A stretch of DNA of 64,000 nt from Octopus sinensis (taxonomy: Eukaryota). The stretch is from positions 10,044,001 to 10,108,000 of the forward strand of contig NC_043007.1 in the NCBI RefSeq assembly GCF_006345805.1. The letters are read 5' to 3'. The notes below the pieces were generated by a model. The model had not been told where the DNA came from. It saw only the letters and a list, made by a program, of their open reading frames with translations, and made no database searches. Within the stretch, counting starts at the first letter, position 1. Every line of letters begins with the position of its first letter. Below are positions 37,651 to 50,383 of this stretch, one piece after another. Position numbers and translations under genes: made by a program.

Positions 37651-39989
37651 ACTAGAGTTCCCATGGCCATCCAGTCTTGAACTCTGTTATGGCCTGGAGG
37701 ATTATGATAAACAGAAGAGGACTAAGTACAATACTTGTAGACCCTTACCTGCATGCTAAATTTATAACTGCACTCATTGTCAACTGTGGTTCTACATAAG
37801 GTTTGTATGGAGGGCCATCAGAAGCAGTTTATCTCTCCCTAGTTTCCTTAGCAACCACCAGATTAGAGAGATTGGAACCCTGTCACAGGCCTTCTGCAAG
37901 TTGATGAATTCTAGCTGTAGTTGTCTCAGCCAGAAGATGTCACTAGTAACTCTTTATGTCACAAAGCCAAACTACATCTCATCAAGGCTAATTCTGTTCC
38001 TAATCAAATGTATTGTGGCTCTTTTCTGTAACTTCCACAGCCTACCATCAGTTTGTTGCCTCTGTAATTTCTCAACCATTTTCTACCTATGGACCTCTTT
38101 GATTCCTATTTTACTCAGATGGAACCTCCTAGCCATTCGATATTAAAAAAGAAATCCCATTTTATTTTTTATAATTAAATATTATTAGAAATTGTATGAA
38201 AATAATTTAAAAGATATTTTGCATATTGTAGAACTATAACCAATTTATTGCAGATAAATTTCAAAAACAAAATCTTATTTGGTCCCCAGTTGAGAACTAC
38301 TGCTCTAATGTATCTCCTTTGTCCTTGTAGCAGTTGCTGATGTTGCTACGCCAGTCATTGGGTTTAGCTGATAAACAACGAAAGTGACTAACATTGGGTG
38401 ACTGAATGGACTATTCATGTGACTAGCCTAGATCCTACTTTTGCAGATATTTTATGCCATCTCAGTGGTTATCTCTGATGCACTAGCTGCCTTCATAACC
38501 TTCATTACATTCTATACCATGCTACTGTCAACTAACAAATGCACAGGCATAGCTTTTGGATTACGGAATTCACCTTGAAGTCATAGGATGCTGGGTTTGG
38601 TCTCTCTATGTGGTATCTTGGGTAAATCAATCCAAACCTTGTGAGTGTAATTGGGAAAATGGAAACTGTGTGGAAGCCCATCAAATGGACTCACGTGCGA
38701 TTCAAAAGTCCAACCATGTCACACTATATCTCTCTAATTCATCCTCATCATCATCATTGTCGTCATGATCATTTAATGTCTGTTTTCCATACAGGCATGA
38801 TTTGGATGATTTGACAGGAGCTGGTAAGTCTGCGGATTGCATAAAATATGCCTTTAGTCGAGCAAATCGACCCCAGGACTTATTCTTTGTAAGCCTAGTA
38901 CTTATTCTATTGGTCTCTTTTGCCGAACCAATAAGTTACAGGGATGTAAACACACCAGTATCGGTTGTCAAGCGATGTTGGGGGGGACAAACATATACAC
39001 ACACATGCATATATATATATATATATATACGATGAGCTTCTTTCAGTTTCCGTCTACCAAATCCACTCACAAGGCTTTGGTCGGCCCGAGGCTATAGTAG
39101 AAGACACTTGCCCAAGGTGCCATGCATTGGGACTCATGGGCAACCGTCCTATTGTTGCCCTAGGCTGACCAATGCCTTGTGAGTGAATTTGATAGATGGA
39201 GCCTGTGTGGAAGCCCTTCATGTGTGTATGTATATAACTGTGTTGCTATTCATTCCTCCATTTGACAACCTGTGTTTGTTTGTTTGTTTACATCCCCTAA
39301 CTTGGTAGTTTGGTAAAAAAAAAAATTAATATAATAAGTACCAGACAACATAAATACCAGTGTCCATTTATTCAACTAAAACCTTTCAAGACGATGCTCT
39401 AGCATGGCCACAGTCTCAATATTAAAACAAGTAATAAAAAAAACAAAAAAACAACTAAAAGATAAATTGATATGTCAACATTTAATAAAACATTTTTCAT
39501 TGCAAAATGGATATGTCAGTTTTTTTTTTGTTGTTGTTTGTATTTAAAGTGACTTAAATATTATTATATACAAACAATACCAGTCACTTTATCTTTATAT
39601 CTTTCAAAGAATAACTGTTGAATGGTTCTTTAAATTACTTTCAAGAGAGAATTTGTCGTTCTATTTAGAAATCGCACTTGTGCAAGTTGTCTTCCTAAAC
39701 TCCTCTCCTTTCATTCCATGTTTCGAAACTATGTTATGATTGTATTATATAGCTTAAGACTAATGTAAACATACATTTCCTACTGATTCCACATAATATT
39801 CTGTGGAGTGTTTTTTTTTTGTTTGTTTGTTTGTTTTTTTCCACCCATCTTTTAAGCATTATCACCACCACCACAATTACTACAGTTCTCTTCTGGCACA
39901 TGCTGCCAGATTTACAAATTACCTATTTATTTCTACTTCCAACTTCACTTCTCTCATGTCGGTTTTCAGGTTATCTTCCTCCATATATA

Positions 39990-40008
39990 ATTTATATATA
40001 TGTGTGTG

Positions 40009-40041
<33 letters not shown>

Positions 40042-40215
40042 ATGTATGTATGTGTGTGTATGTATGTATGTATGTATATGTATTTATGTATGTATATATA
40101 TATGTATGTATATATATATATATATGTATGTGTATATATATATATATGTATGTATGTGTATGTATGTATGTGTATGTATATGTATGTATATATATGTATA
40201 TATATATATATATTT
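39990..40215. repeat. Compound (TA)/(TG)/(TATG) microsatellite
   Basis: Direct inspection; shorter arrays at about 13318-13500, 19704-19770, 41810-41886, 45407-45460. Confidence 0.95.
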
Positions 40216-41824
40216 ATTTCCTATCAAACTTTTTGCAGCTACTTTTCAAGCTTTTTATTTCATTTGCACTTTTAATTGCTTAAGAAATTAATTATAAAAA
40301 AAAAAAATATATTGCCCAATTAGAAATAAGGCAATTAAAATTTCTATATTTATACTTGTATCAATTCTCTTTTTTTCTCTTTTACTTGTTTCAGTCATTT
40401 GACTGCGGCCATGCTGGAGCACCGCCTTTTAATTGAGCAACTCGACCCCGGGACTTATTCTTTGTAAGCCCAGTACTTATTCTATCGGTCTCTTTTGCCG
40501 AACCGCTAAGTGATGGGGACATAAACACACCAGCATCGGTTGGTTGTCAAGTAATGCTAGGGGGACAAACACAAACATACACGCACAGACATATATACAT
40601 ATATACGACAGGCTTCTTTCAGTTTCCGTCTACCAAATCCACTCACAAGGCTTTGGTTGGCCTGAGGCTATAGCAGAAGACACTTGCCCAAGGTGCTACG
40701 CAGTGGGACTGAACCCGGAACCATGTGGTTGGTAAACAAGCTACTTACCACACAGCCAATCCATATATATATGTATATGTGTGTGTGTGTGTCTATTTAT
40801 GTATGTGTATAAATATATAAGTATTTATCATTCTTTCTCTTCGTAAAGATTTGGCAGTATCACGATGGGGTTTTTTTAGCAATGACATTCAGACTATTTC
40901 TTGACATTTTTTTTTTTCTTACAAAAAACTTCATCTATCATCCTTTCCTATATTTTATTTTGTTCTTTATGTCTTATCCTTAGCACATTTTGTGAAACTA
41001 TTTCTACACTGCTTGCTTATCGCTTTGCTGTATATACACACATCTGCTCTAGCCTCCTTACACTATACACATTACCCTCAGATAGTATTTGTTTTTGTTT
41101 TTTTTTTGTTTTTTCTTATTACATTTATTCTTTTATCCCCCCTCCTCTTACTTTTTCCTGTTATTTTATTTCTCATCTCTCTTCACCAATTACCTTGTTT
41201 ACTTCATTATTCTACCATGTTTCATGATGTCTGGTTGTGGTGTAGGTGATGAGGGCTTTTGCATCACTTGATGTTTTTATTTAGAATATTATTCCAGGTT
41301 TATTAATGTTTCTCCTTCTTATTATTTCCTTAAAACATCTATATTCTTTTTCATGTTGTTCAGAGAACTTTGCCTTTCCAATAATTTCCCCAAAATTTTC
41401 CATAATTCCTCTCTCTCTCTCTCTCTCTCTCTCATTTGATTATTTCTTTGCTGATAGGAAAGCAAAAGTATTATAGAAAGTAAAATTTTGCCAAATATGT
41501 TATCACAGAAAAAAAATTATGTGTACATCATCATTATCATCATCATCATCATTTAACGTCTGTTTTCCGTGCTAGCCCGGTTTGGATGGTTCGACCGGGG
41601 TTTGGGAAGCCAGGAGGCTGCACCAGGCTTCAGTCTGATCTAGCAGTGTTTCTACAGCTGGATGCCCTTCCTAACGCCAACCACTCCATGAGTGTAGTGG
41701 GTGCTTTTTACGTGCCACCGGCACAGGTATCACAACTGCAATTTCCAATTGATATTTATTTTGATGTTGATGTACTTGACTCAATAGGTCTCTGTATATA
41801 CTTGTATGTGTGTGTATGTCTATA

Positions 41825-41890
<66 letters not shown>

Positions 41891-42951
41891 GGGAGTGAGA
41901 CATATGGACCAGATGCAGAGATAGCTGTGTAGTCAAAAAATTTGCTTCCCAACCACATGGTTTCAGGATCTGTCCCATTATATGCCAGCTTGGACAAATG
42001 TTTTCTACTGTAGCCCCAGATCAACCAAAACCTTGTGAGTGAATTTGGTAGATACAAACTGAAAGTTGCCAGCTGCATGTGTGTTACTCTCTAATTATCT
42101 TGACACTGCATGATTGTCACAACTGCAAGAAGCAGTGTCCTTTGTTACCTGTCTTTATGAAAATATGTTTAATTATAGGAGAAATATTACCTTATTTGGA
42201 AACAAGTGAGAATTGGTGACAAGAAGGGCATCTGGCTATAGAAAATCTGGCTCAACGAATTCTGTTTGACCCATGCAAGCATGGAAAAGTGGACATTAAA
42301 GTGATGATGATAATAATGTGGTTGTTGGTTAGTAGCTTGCTTACAAACCACATGGTTCCGGGTTCAATCCCACTGCATGGCACCTTGGGCAAATGTGTTC
42401 TACTATAGCCTCGGGCCGACCAAAGCCTTGTGAGTGGATATGGTAGATGGAAACTGAAAGACGCCCATCGTGTATATATATATACACACATACGTGTGTA
42501 CATATTTGTGTGTCTGTGTTTGTCTTCCCAACATCGCTTGACAACTGGTGGTGGTGCGTTTACATCCCCGTAACTTAAGAGAGAGAGATTCAGCATGACA
42601 CAGAATGTGACAAGTCTATCCCTTTAAAATACAGGTACAACTCAGTTTTGCCAGCTAAGTGGACTGAAACAATATAGTATAAAATGTCTTGCTCAAGAAC
42701 ACAATGCACGCCAGGAATTGAACTCATGGCCTTAAGATTGTGAGCTGAATACCTAACTACTAAGCCATGTGTTTTCATTATAATAATAGGGCTGATAACA
42801 AGTAGGTTAACAGAATGTTAATCATATGGAAAACGGCCTTATATTTCTAAATCACAGTTTAACTAATTGATCTTAACATGAGTATATTGCTCTCTATTTA
42901 TTTTATATTTTTTCAAAGTATCGAAAATATAAGATAGATTTTGTTTTTATA

Positions 42952-43350
42952 GGCGCAGGAGTGGCTGTGTGGTAAGTAGCTTGCTAACTAACCACATGGT
43001 TCCGGGTTCAGTCCCACTGCGTGGCATCTTGGGCAAGTGTCTTCTGCTATAGCCCTGGGCCGACCAATGCCTTGTGAGTGAGTGGATTTGGTAGACGGAA
43101 ACTGAAAGAAGCCTGTCGTATATATGTATATGTATGTATGTATGTGTGTGTGTGTATGTTTGTCCCTCTAGCATTGCTTGACAACTGATGCTGGTGTGTT
43201 TACGTCCCCGTCACTTAGCAGTTCGGCAAAAGAGACCGATAGAATAAGTACTGGGCTTACAAAGAATAAGTCCCGGGGTCGATTTGCTCGACTAAAGGCA
43301 GTGCTCCAGCATGGCCGCAGTCAAATGACTGAAACAAGTAAAAGAGAGAA
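42952..43350 (+). mobile_element. SINE family B (tRNA-derived head, CORE-like block, internal TA/TG microsatellite, LINE-derived tail)
   Basis: GGCGCAGGAGTGGCTGTGTGGTAAG..GGTTCAGTCCC..TTGGGCAAGTGTCTTCT..GGCGGTGCTCCAGCATGGCCGCAGTCAAATGACTGAAACAAGTAAAAGA. Other copies at about 18030-18430(+), 21165-21600(+), 22145-22570(-), 38850-39130(-), 40378-40758(-), 46095-46480(-). Confidence 0.88.
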
Positions 43351-44545
43351 AAGAGTAAAGAGTATCCTAAATTTATATCACTGTTTGATTTGCAAACTAT
43401 AAAATGTGGTTTTCGCTTCAGTCTCACTGCATAACATTTTGGGCAAGTGTCTTCTATAATCCCTGGTTGACTAATAATTTACAGGTGAATTTGGTAGACA
43501 GAAACTGAGTAGAAGCCTGTTTTGTGTGTGTGTGTGTGTGTGTGTGTTTCCACCACCCACTAACATCTGATGTGAACTAGCTTAGCGGTTCAATAAAAGA
43601 GATTGATAGAATAAGTAGTAGGGTTGAGTTAAAACATTTCAAGGCAGCCCCAGTATAGTCACAGTGCAGTGATTGAAACAAGTAAAAGACAAAAAAAAAA
43701 AAAAAAAAAAAAAAAAGAAATCTGATACATACAAATCCTCATATTTAATCCACAGTAACTTTTTATATTTGGCAGAGCAAAGTTTAAATTATATATTGGT
43801 TGGAAGAACAAAGGTTTATCTTTCTTGTACTTTTTTTTTGTAAACAAAAATTGAATTCCAATTTATCCACTAAATTTTGTTTCCTATTTGTTAAAAAATT
43901 TATATGTTATTTCTTAGATAAAAATTATTATTAATTAGAAGAGCACAAGATTGTATTTGTAACAGTTTTCTGCTGGGTTATAATTCCAGATATATCCAAG
44001 ATTGGAAAAGTGCCATTTAACACATGTGCAAAAAAATATAATACTTTCATTATTCAATTCTGAGAGATTTTATAGATGCATTTCACCAATTTAGATGTAT
44101 CTCTGAACAGCTGCTGGTATTTCTATCTGAATATTTTCAGTGTGTGCACTCTATCAAATTACCTTGTTTCTCTCAGTTAGAACTGTACTCTGGAGTTGTG
44201 AAGTTGTCTGTTTATATTTACATTTCCTTTATCAGGCAGCTATGTTCACTTTTACTTTCTTTATGCTACGAACAAATCATCTGAGAGTCTAAAACTAAAC
44301 CATCAACTTTCCCTTACACTGGTGAATTGCGTTTGTTATGAACACACGTCTGTAGGGAGGAGATTGTTCTCCAGTAAAGAAAACAACATTGATCGAATAT
44401 TCACATTCATATCTGCCAGAATGTATCGAAAGTGAATAGATACATTGTTTATTTTCTTGCTGTTGTGTGCACCCCATGAATTATGTTTGGCAGATTTCTA
44501 TAAACAAGAGCCTGTAATCTTGTTAGATTAATTCGTCCAGGGGTA

Positions 44546-44595
44546 GCTTTCACTGAAGAAACACAGTAAGGTTGAAACACCTGGTATCTCAAAGT
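44546..44595 (+). ncRNA. Degenerate type I hammerhead-like motif
   Basis: CUGAAGA (44553-59), stem II AAC/GUU with 8-nt loop, GAAA (44574-77), C-ACCUG-GU, then A (GUA triplet). Stem I is only partial (CUUU/AAAG). Confidence 0.4.
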
Positions 44596-45108
44596 CCCCT
44601 TATACTGGTGAAACACGTGTGTGATGAGCTGACATTATCCAAAGAGAGGAGATGTTATCATCATCATCATCATCATTTAATGTCCATTTTCCATGCTGGA
44701 TGGTTCGAGAGGAGCTAGTAAGCCAGAGCTCTACACCAGACCCCATGTGTCTGTTTTGGCATGGTTTCTTCAGTTGGCTGTTCTTCCTAATGCTAGCAAC
44801 TCCACAGGAGTGTACTGGGTGCTTTTTACCTAGCACTAGCACAGGTGCTTTTTACATGGCACCAGCAAGGTCACCAAGTAGCTTGCTAGACAAAGACCTA
44901 GCTGAGAGAGAGACCATGATGGTGAGGAAAAGCAATAGCAGTCAGAAATTCGCATTTGAATCTGCTAGAATATACTGGAAAGGAAGAGATACGTCATTGT
45001 TTGGATTCTCACAGTTCTGTGTCCATTTTAATACCCAACAAAAATACACACACACAATTAAGGGTTTAGCAACAAGTTGCTTCACCACATACCGAAAATT
45101 TAGAAATA

Positions 45109-45165
45109 GTAGTGAAAAGAATTAACGGTCTTTTGGCTGCTATTTCCGTTAATTCTTTTCACTAC
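45109..45165. repeat. 20-bp perfect hairpin, 17-nt loop
   Basis: GTAGTGAAAAGAATTAACGG / CCGTTAATTCTTTTCACTAC. Confidence 0.9.
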
Positions 45166-45404
45166 AAATATAACTCCACAGACCACAATATTTGTAACTC
45201 ACATAGGTAAAAAGAAGAAAAAATAATGAAATCAGTCTTCGATGAATTATGGACGCGTTTCTGGATTAGAATTATAAAAATTCATTTCCTTTATCAACAT
45301 TATATTTCAAGAATTATAAATTTAAAAATGCTAGAAAAAACCGAAAATACTTGGTAAAATTTATTAATTATTAATTAATAATTCTTTACCCTATGTCTGT
45401 AATG

Positions 45405-45451
<47 letters not shown>

Positions 45452-46596
45452 TACATATATATAATACTCTTTTGGTTGTTATAACTTTGGCTGTTCCTGC
45501 AAGGTTTGATGAATTTTTTCAATTTGCAGTAGAACTTCTAGCTCTGAGCTAATCATTTTCTCAATAATCACTAATGATGATTATGAACCTTTTCCTATAA
45601 TAATCTTTTGAAATAATGAATGTCTTTCAATTACAACCACATGTTCTCAATATGTAGTTTTGTTCTTTAAACTCATGAGAGGAATGATTTTCCCATCTTC
45701 GCTGGGTACATTGGGTACACTTTCTTTTAACTCTGGAAATGGTTTTATTATTCTAAACCAGTGGTTCTCAACCTTTTTTATGCCCCCACACCCCTAAAAA
45801 CTTTTAACATGTTCTCACACCCCTTACAGTAATAATTTATATCAGAATAAAAGTGCCCGGGGCAATTGCTCTCTTTGACCCCCTATAAATCCAGCCCTGC
45901 TCGTACCCCTGGTTGGGAAACACTGTTTTAATCAGAGCGGAATTTTGTTTTGATTCCTGAAGAATTACTTCCTTAATAATTAAGTAGTAGAGTTGTATGC
46001 TGTTCTTGCTTTTCCAAATTCCTTCCTTGCTCGTTATAAGATATATAGTTAGATACAAGTTATAAAGTAAAGCTAATCTTTTATCATTCTTTTCTTTTAT
46101 CTTGTTTCAGTCATTAGACTGTGGCCATGCTGGGGCACTGCTTTGAAGAATTTTTAGTTGAATGAATCAAACCCAGTACATATTTTTTCTTAAAGCCTGA
46201 TACTTATTCTATCAGTATCTTTTGCCGAACTGCTAAGTTATGGGGGACGTAAACACACCAACACCAATTGTCAAGTGGTGGTGGGGAACAAACACACATA
46301 AAGACTCAAACACACACACACACACAGATATATATATATGACAGGCTTCTTTCAGTTTCTTTCTACCAAATCCACTCGCAAGGCTTTGGTCAGCCGAGGC
46401 TGTATTAGAAGACGCTTGCTCAAGGTGCCTCACAGTGGGACTGAACTGAGAACCTTGAGGTTGGGAAGCAAGCTTCAAGACTTTGACATTTCCTAGTTAA
46501 TTAGCTTTTAATTTAATTTTTTCTTTACTTTTGGGCATATGTGTTCTATTACAGCCCCAGGCTGAGCAATGCCTTGTGAGTGAATCTGATAAACAG

Positions 46597-46631
<35 letters not shown>

Positions 46632-46878
46632 CCATCTTTGTACCTGTGTGTGTATGCTCCCCATGCAGTATTTAATAACTGGTGTTAGTTTGTTTGTGTT
46701 CCTGTTACTTAGTGGTGGTTCCGCAAAAAAGACCAATAGGATAAATATTAAATTTGAAAAATAAGTAATGGGTTTAATCTGTGTGACTGAAATCCTTCAA
46801 GGCAGTGTCCCAGTATGGCGACAGTTTTGTGACTGAAACAAGTAAAAAACAAAAAAGGTATTTATTGTAGCAGTTTGA

Positions 46879-47540
46879 CCCTTTTAATACCAAATCACCT
46901 GAAACCGCCTCTGGCTCTGTAGTACAAATGTCTTGTTTTCCAAAGTTCTGAATTAGAATCTTCCACCAAATCTAAGTCACAATTTATGTTCCTTACATTT
47001 GCTAAATGATAACTAATTTATTTTACTAAATTCGTTGTTATATTTAAAATTGATTAATAGAAACACAGAGCTTCTCATCAGAAGGCTGCGAGCTGGCAGA
47101 AACGTTAGCACACTGGGCGAAATGCTTAGTGGTATTTCGTCTGCCGTTATGTTCTGAGTTCAAATTCCGCCGAGGTCGACTTTGCCTTTCATTCTTTCGG
47201 AGTCGATTAAATAAGTACCAGTTACGCACTGGGGTCGATATAATCGATTTAATCCCTTTGTCTGTCCTTGTTTGTCCTGTCTGTGTTTAGCCCCTTGTGG
47301 GTAGTAAAGAAATAGGTATTTCGTCTGCAGCTTCATTCAGAGTTCAAATTCCACCGAAGTCGACTTTGACTATCATCCTTTCGGGGTCGATTAAATAAGT
47401 ACCAGTTACGCACTGGGGTCGTTGTAATCGACTTAATCCGTTTGTCTGTCCTTGTTTGTCCCCTCTGTGTGTAGCCCCTTGTGGGCAGTGAAGAAATAAG
47501 AAACACAGAGCTTCTCATCAGAAACATGGTAACAAAGGGG
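46879..47540. mobile_element. piggyBac-type MITE interrupted by a SINE dimer
   Basis: CCCTTTT start, AAAGGGG-TTAA end; body matches 12091-12310; split by the 47084-47498 insertion. Confidence 0.65.
47084..47498 (+). mobile_element. SINE family A head-to-tail partial dimer with 25-bp TSD
   Basis: TSD AGAAACACAGAGCTTCTCATCAGAA at 47059-83 and 47499-523; full copy plus 5'-truncated second copy. Confidence 0.85.
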
Positions 47541-48074
47541 TTAATTTATTGATAGGGAGTTGACTTTTTTCCCTTCTCTCCAATACCTCTTTCTCTTAGT
47601 CTTTCACTCATCTCCACCTACCTATTTCATGTGCATACAATTTCAGCAATCATCTTAACTGGAACTTCTATATAACTTCAGTTAGTGCTGTGCCAATGAG
47701 TAAGAGTTGTGTCTTGATGTTTATATATAGATATATAACTTGTTAAACTCCCTCACTACTCTTAGCCTTGACTTTTGAAGTTTTCTCCTTCTCTGTGATA
47801 CTAAACTTACCCACAACTGCCAGTTTTCTCCTCCCCACACCCCTGTTCAGATTATAAGTCAACCATCAGCGCTACATTCCAAACAGCCTGCTACACACCT
47901 TAATTTCAACATTTCTTATTGCCAGAGGCTACAGTAAAAAAAGCACTTGAGAATAGGGATCTTGCACCTACTAATGGCAATGTTGATTTCCTTAGAAAAA
48001 ACATAGACAACTGTTCTACATCTACCATCCAGATCAGTACCTCACAAACCTTTTCAGCTATCACCCCTATCTCT

Positions 48075-48490
48075 CTTTACTCTTTTACTTGTTTCAGTCA
48101 TTTGACTGCGGCCATGCTGGAGCACCGCCTTTAGTCGAGCAAATCGACCCCGGGACTTATTCTTTGTAAGCCCAGTACTTATTCTATCGGTCTCTTTTGC
48201 CGAACCGCTAAGTGACAGGGACGAAACACACCAGCATCGGTTGTCAAGCAATGCTAGAGGGACAAACACAGACACACAAACATATACATACACATACATA
48301 CATACATATATATACATATATATACGACAGACTTCTTTCAGTTTCCGTCTACCAAATCCACTCACAAGGCATTGGTTGGCCCGAGGCCATAGCAGAAGGC
48401 ACTTGCCCAAGATGCCACGCAGTGGGACTGAACCCAGAACCATGTGGTTGGTTAGCAAGCTACTTACCACACAGCCACTCCTGTGCCTAT
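48075..48490 (-). mobile_element. SINE family B, full copy
   Basis: Near-identical reverse complement of 42952-43350. Confidence 0.88.
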
Positions 48491-48875
48491 CTATTGACAT
48501 CTTTAAAATTTTTTTTATTGTTTATAATTTATATGCAGGCACAAGCATGGCTGTGTGGTTAAGAAGCTAGCTTTGCAACCACATGGTTTTGGGTTCAGTC
48601 CCACTGTGCTACTGCACTATAACCCAGCACTGACACACACACACACACACACACACCTTATTTGTGGGTTAAGAAGACTACCATTTGTTTCATGCTAAGA
48701 TAATTCTCAGCAATTATCAAGCCTGCCACTTGGGACATTGGTACTCATTTCCATCTTGTGTCCTCTTTCTAGCAAGATACAAGTACCAATATCCTATGTG
48801 ATAGGCTTGGTAATCATTGACAATTCTCTTGGCATGAAACTGATGGTAAGTAACCTTGTTAATCCATAAATAAAG

Positions 48876-48960
48876 TACAGGGTGGGCCAAAAGTCACACG
48901 CAAAATAAGTTCAATACACTCCTGAATTGTCAAAGATATGCTTCAATATTTCTAAAATTC
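48876..48960 (+). mobile_element. Tc1/mariner-type terminal fragment
   Basis: TACAGGGTGGGCCAAAAGTCAC terminus-like motif, truncated by an RTE 3' repeat; no partner end seen. Confidence 0.35.
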
Positions 48961-49859
48961 ATCATCATCATCATCATCGTTTAACGTCCGCTTTCCATGC
49001 TAGCATGGGTTGGACGATTTGACTGAGAGCTGGCGAACCAGATGGCTGTACCAGGCTTCAATCTTGATCTGGCAGAGTTTCTACAGCTGGATGCCCTTCC
49101 TAACACCAACCACTCCGAGAGTGTAGTGGGTGCTTTTACGTGCCACTGGCATGGGGCCAGTCAGGCGGTACTGGCAACGACCTCACTTGGATCTTTTACA
49201 CATGCCACCGACACAGGTGCCAGTAAGGCAATGCTGGTAACGATCACGTTCAAATAGTGTCTTTTACTTGCCACTGGCACGAGGCCAGATAGCCGCTCTG
49301 GCAATGATCATGCTCGGATGGTGTTCTTAATACCCTACTAGCACGGGGGAATACACACATACTTGTACATGATGAACAAAAATAAATAATAATAATAATA
49401 ATAAAGTAATATAAATAAAATGTCTCCTGTAAAGACATGTCTGGTCAAGGGGAAATATTACCTTGCTTGGAAATAGGTGGGGTTTGACAACAGGAAGGAC
49501 ATCCAGCTGTAGAAAATCCTCCTCAACAGATTTCATCTCAGCCATGTGAGCGTGGAAATGCGGATATTGAAACAATGACGTGGATGTTGCTCTCTGTTGC
49601 AAATGTAGTGTGTATATGTGTGTTGGGTTGAATCTTCTTGCATGACTTTTCCATTTTTTCGTGTGGCAGAACCCTTGTGTGAACAGGTGCAGCAGGTTAT
49701 ATAAAGAAAAGTTAGGGAGACCTTTGTTTGTCTGAAGATAGTTGCTATCATTTCTCACTGACTGCTACGAGCAAGAGGCATTATTGGTTCTTTTACTTCT
49801 ACCATTTCTGCCTATCTTCTTTCTTTCATCCTTACTTATGTCAACACAGCCATAATCAT

Positions 49860-50010
49860 TCTTAACCATTATTGTCGTTGTCATCATTATTACCACCACC
49901 TCTATCACCATCCTCATCATCACCACCACCACTACCATCATCATTGCCAATACTATCATCACAACTATCATCATCATTGCCAATACCATCATCAACACTA
50001 CCATTATATG
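49860..50010. repeat. Degenerate (CAY)n trinucleotide tract
   Basis: CAT/CAC/TAC triplet periodicity. Confidence 0.8.
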
Positions 50011-50280
50011 TCTTGTATGTTTTTGTACTATTAGTGTTTTAGTTTCCTTTGTACAATTAAACATAATTAATTATTATTGATGCATTTTAATTACAAGAGG
50101 AAACATACATTACAATTTAATGACTAATGCAAAAAAAAAAACCATATTTGATGGATTTTCTTAAAATAATTGGTATCCAGTAAAACTTTTTAAATTAGTG
50201 TTTTTTAATGTGTATAAGAAGAAAATGAAATTTTAATCCTTAAAACTTAATTCTGCTATTTTATTGCAAGATTTTAAATA

Positions 50281-50357
50281 TGTGTATTTTTGTTTTTTTC
50301 AGCAGGCATTTGCTATGCTTTCTGACCTAAAGCAGAATCTGTTGCACCAAACTAAAC
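50281..50357 (+). promoter_or_regulatory. 3' splice acceptor (tandem NAGNAG) and 5'UTR part of the first coding exon
   Basis: TTTTGTTTTTTTCAG-CAG-GCA: AG at 50301-50302 and 50304-50305 after a T-rich tract. Implies an upstream non-coding exon that was not located. Confidence 0.6.
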
Positions 50358-50383
50358 ATGGGGGCGAGAGACCAAAGCACTAG
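50315..50383 (+). other. Out-of-frame upstream ORF (22 aa) overlapping the main start codon
   Basis: ATG 50315, 43 nt upstream of the main ATG; TAG 50381-50383. Confidence 0.4.

Noticed and set aside
49765-50064. 99-aa M/V-rich ORF
   Set aside because: Translation of a degenerate (CAY)n tract.
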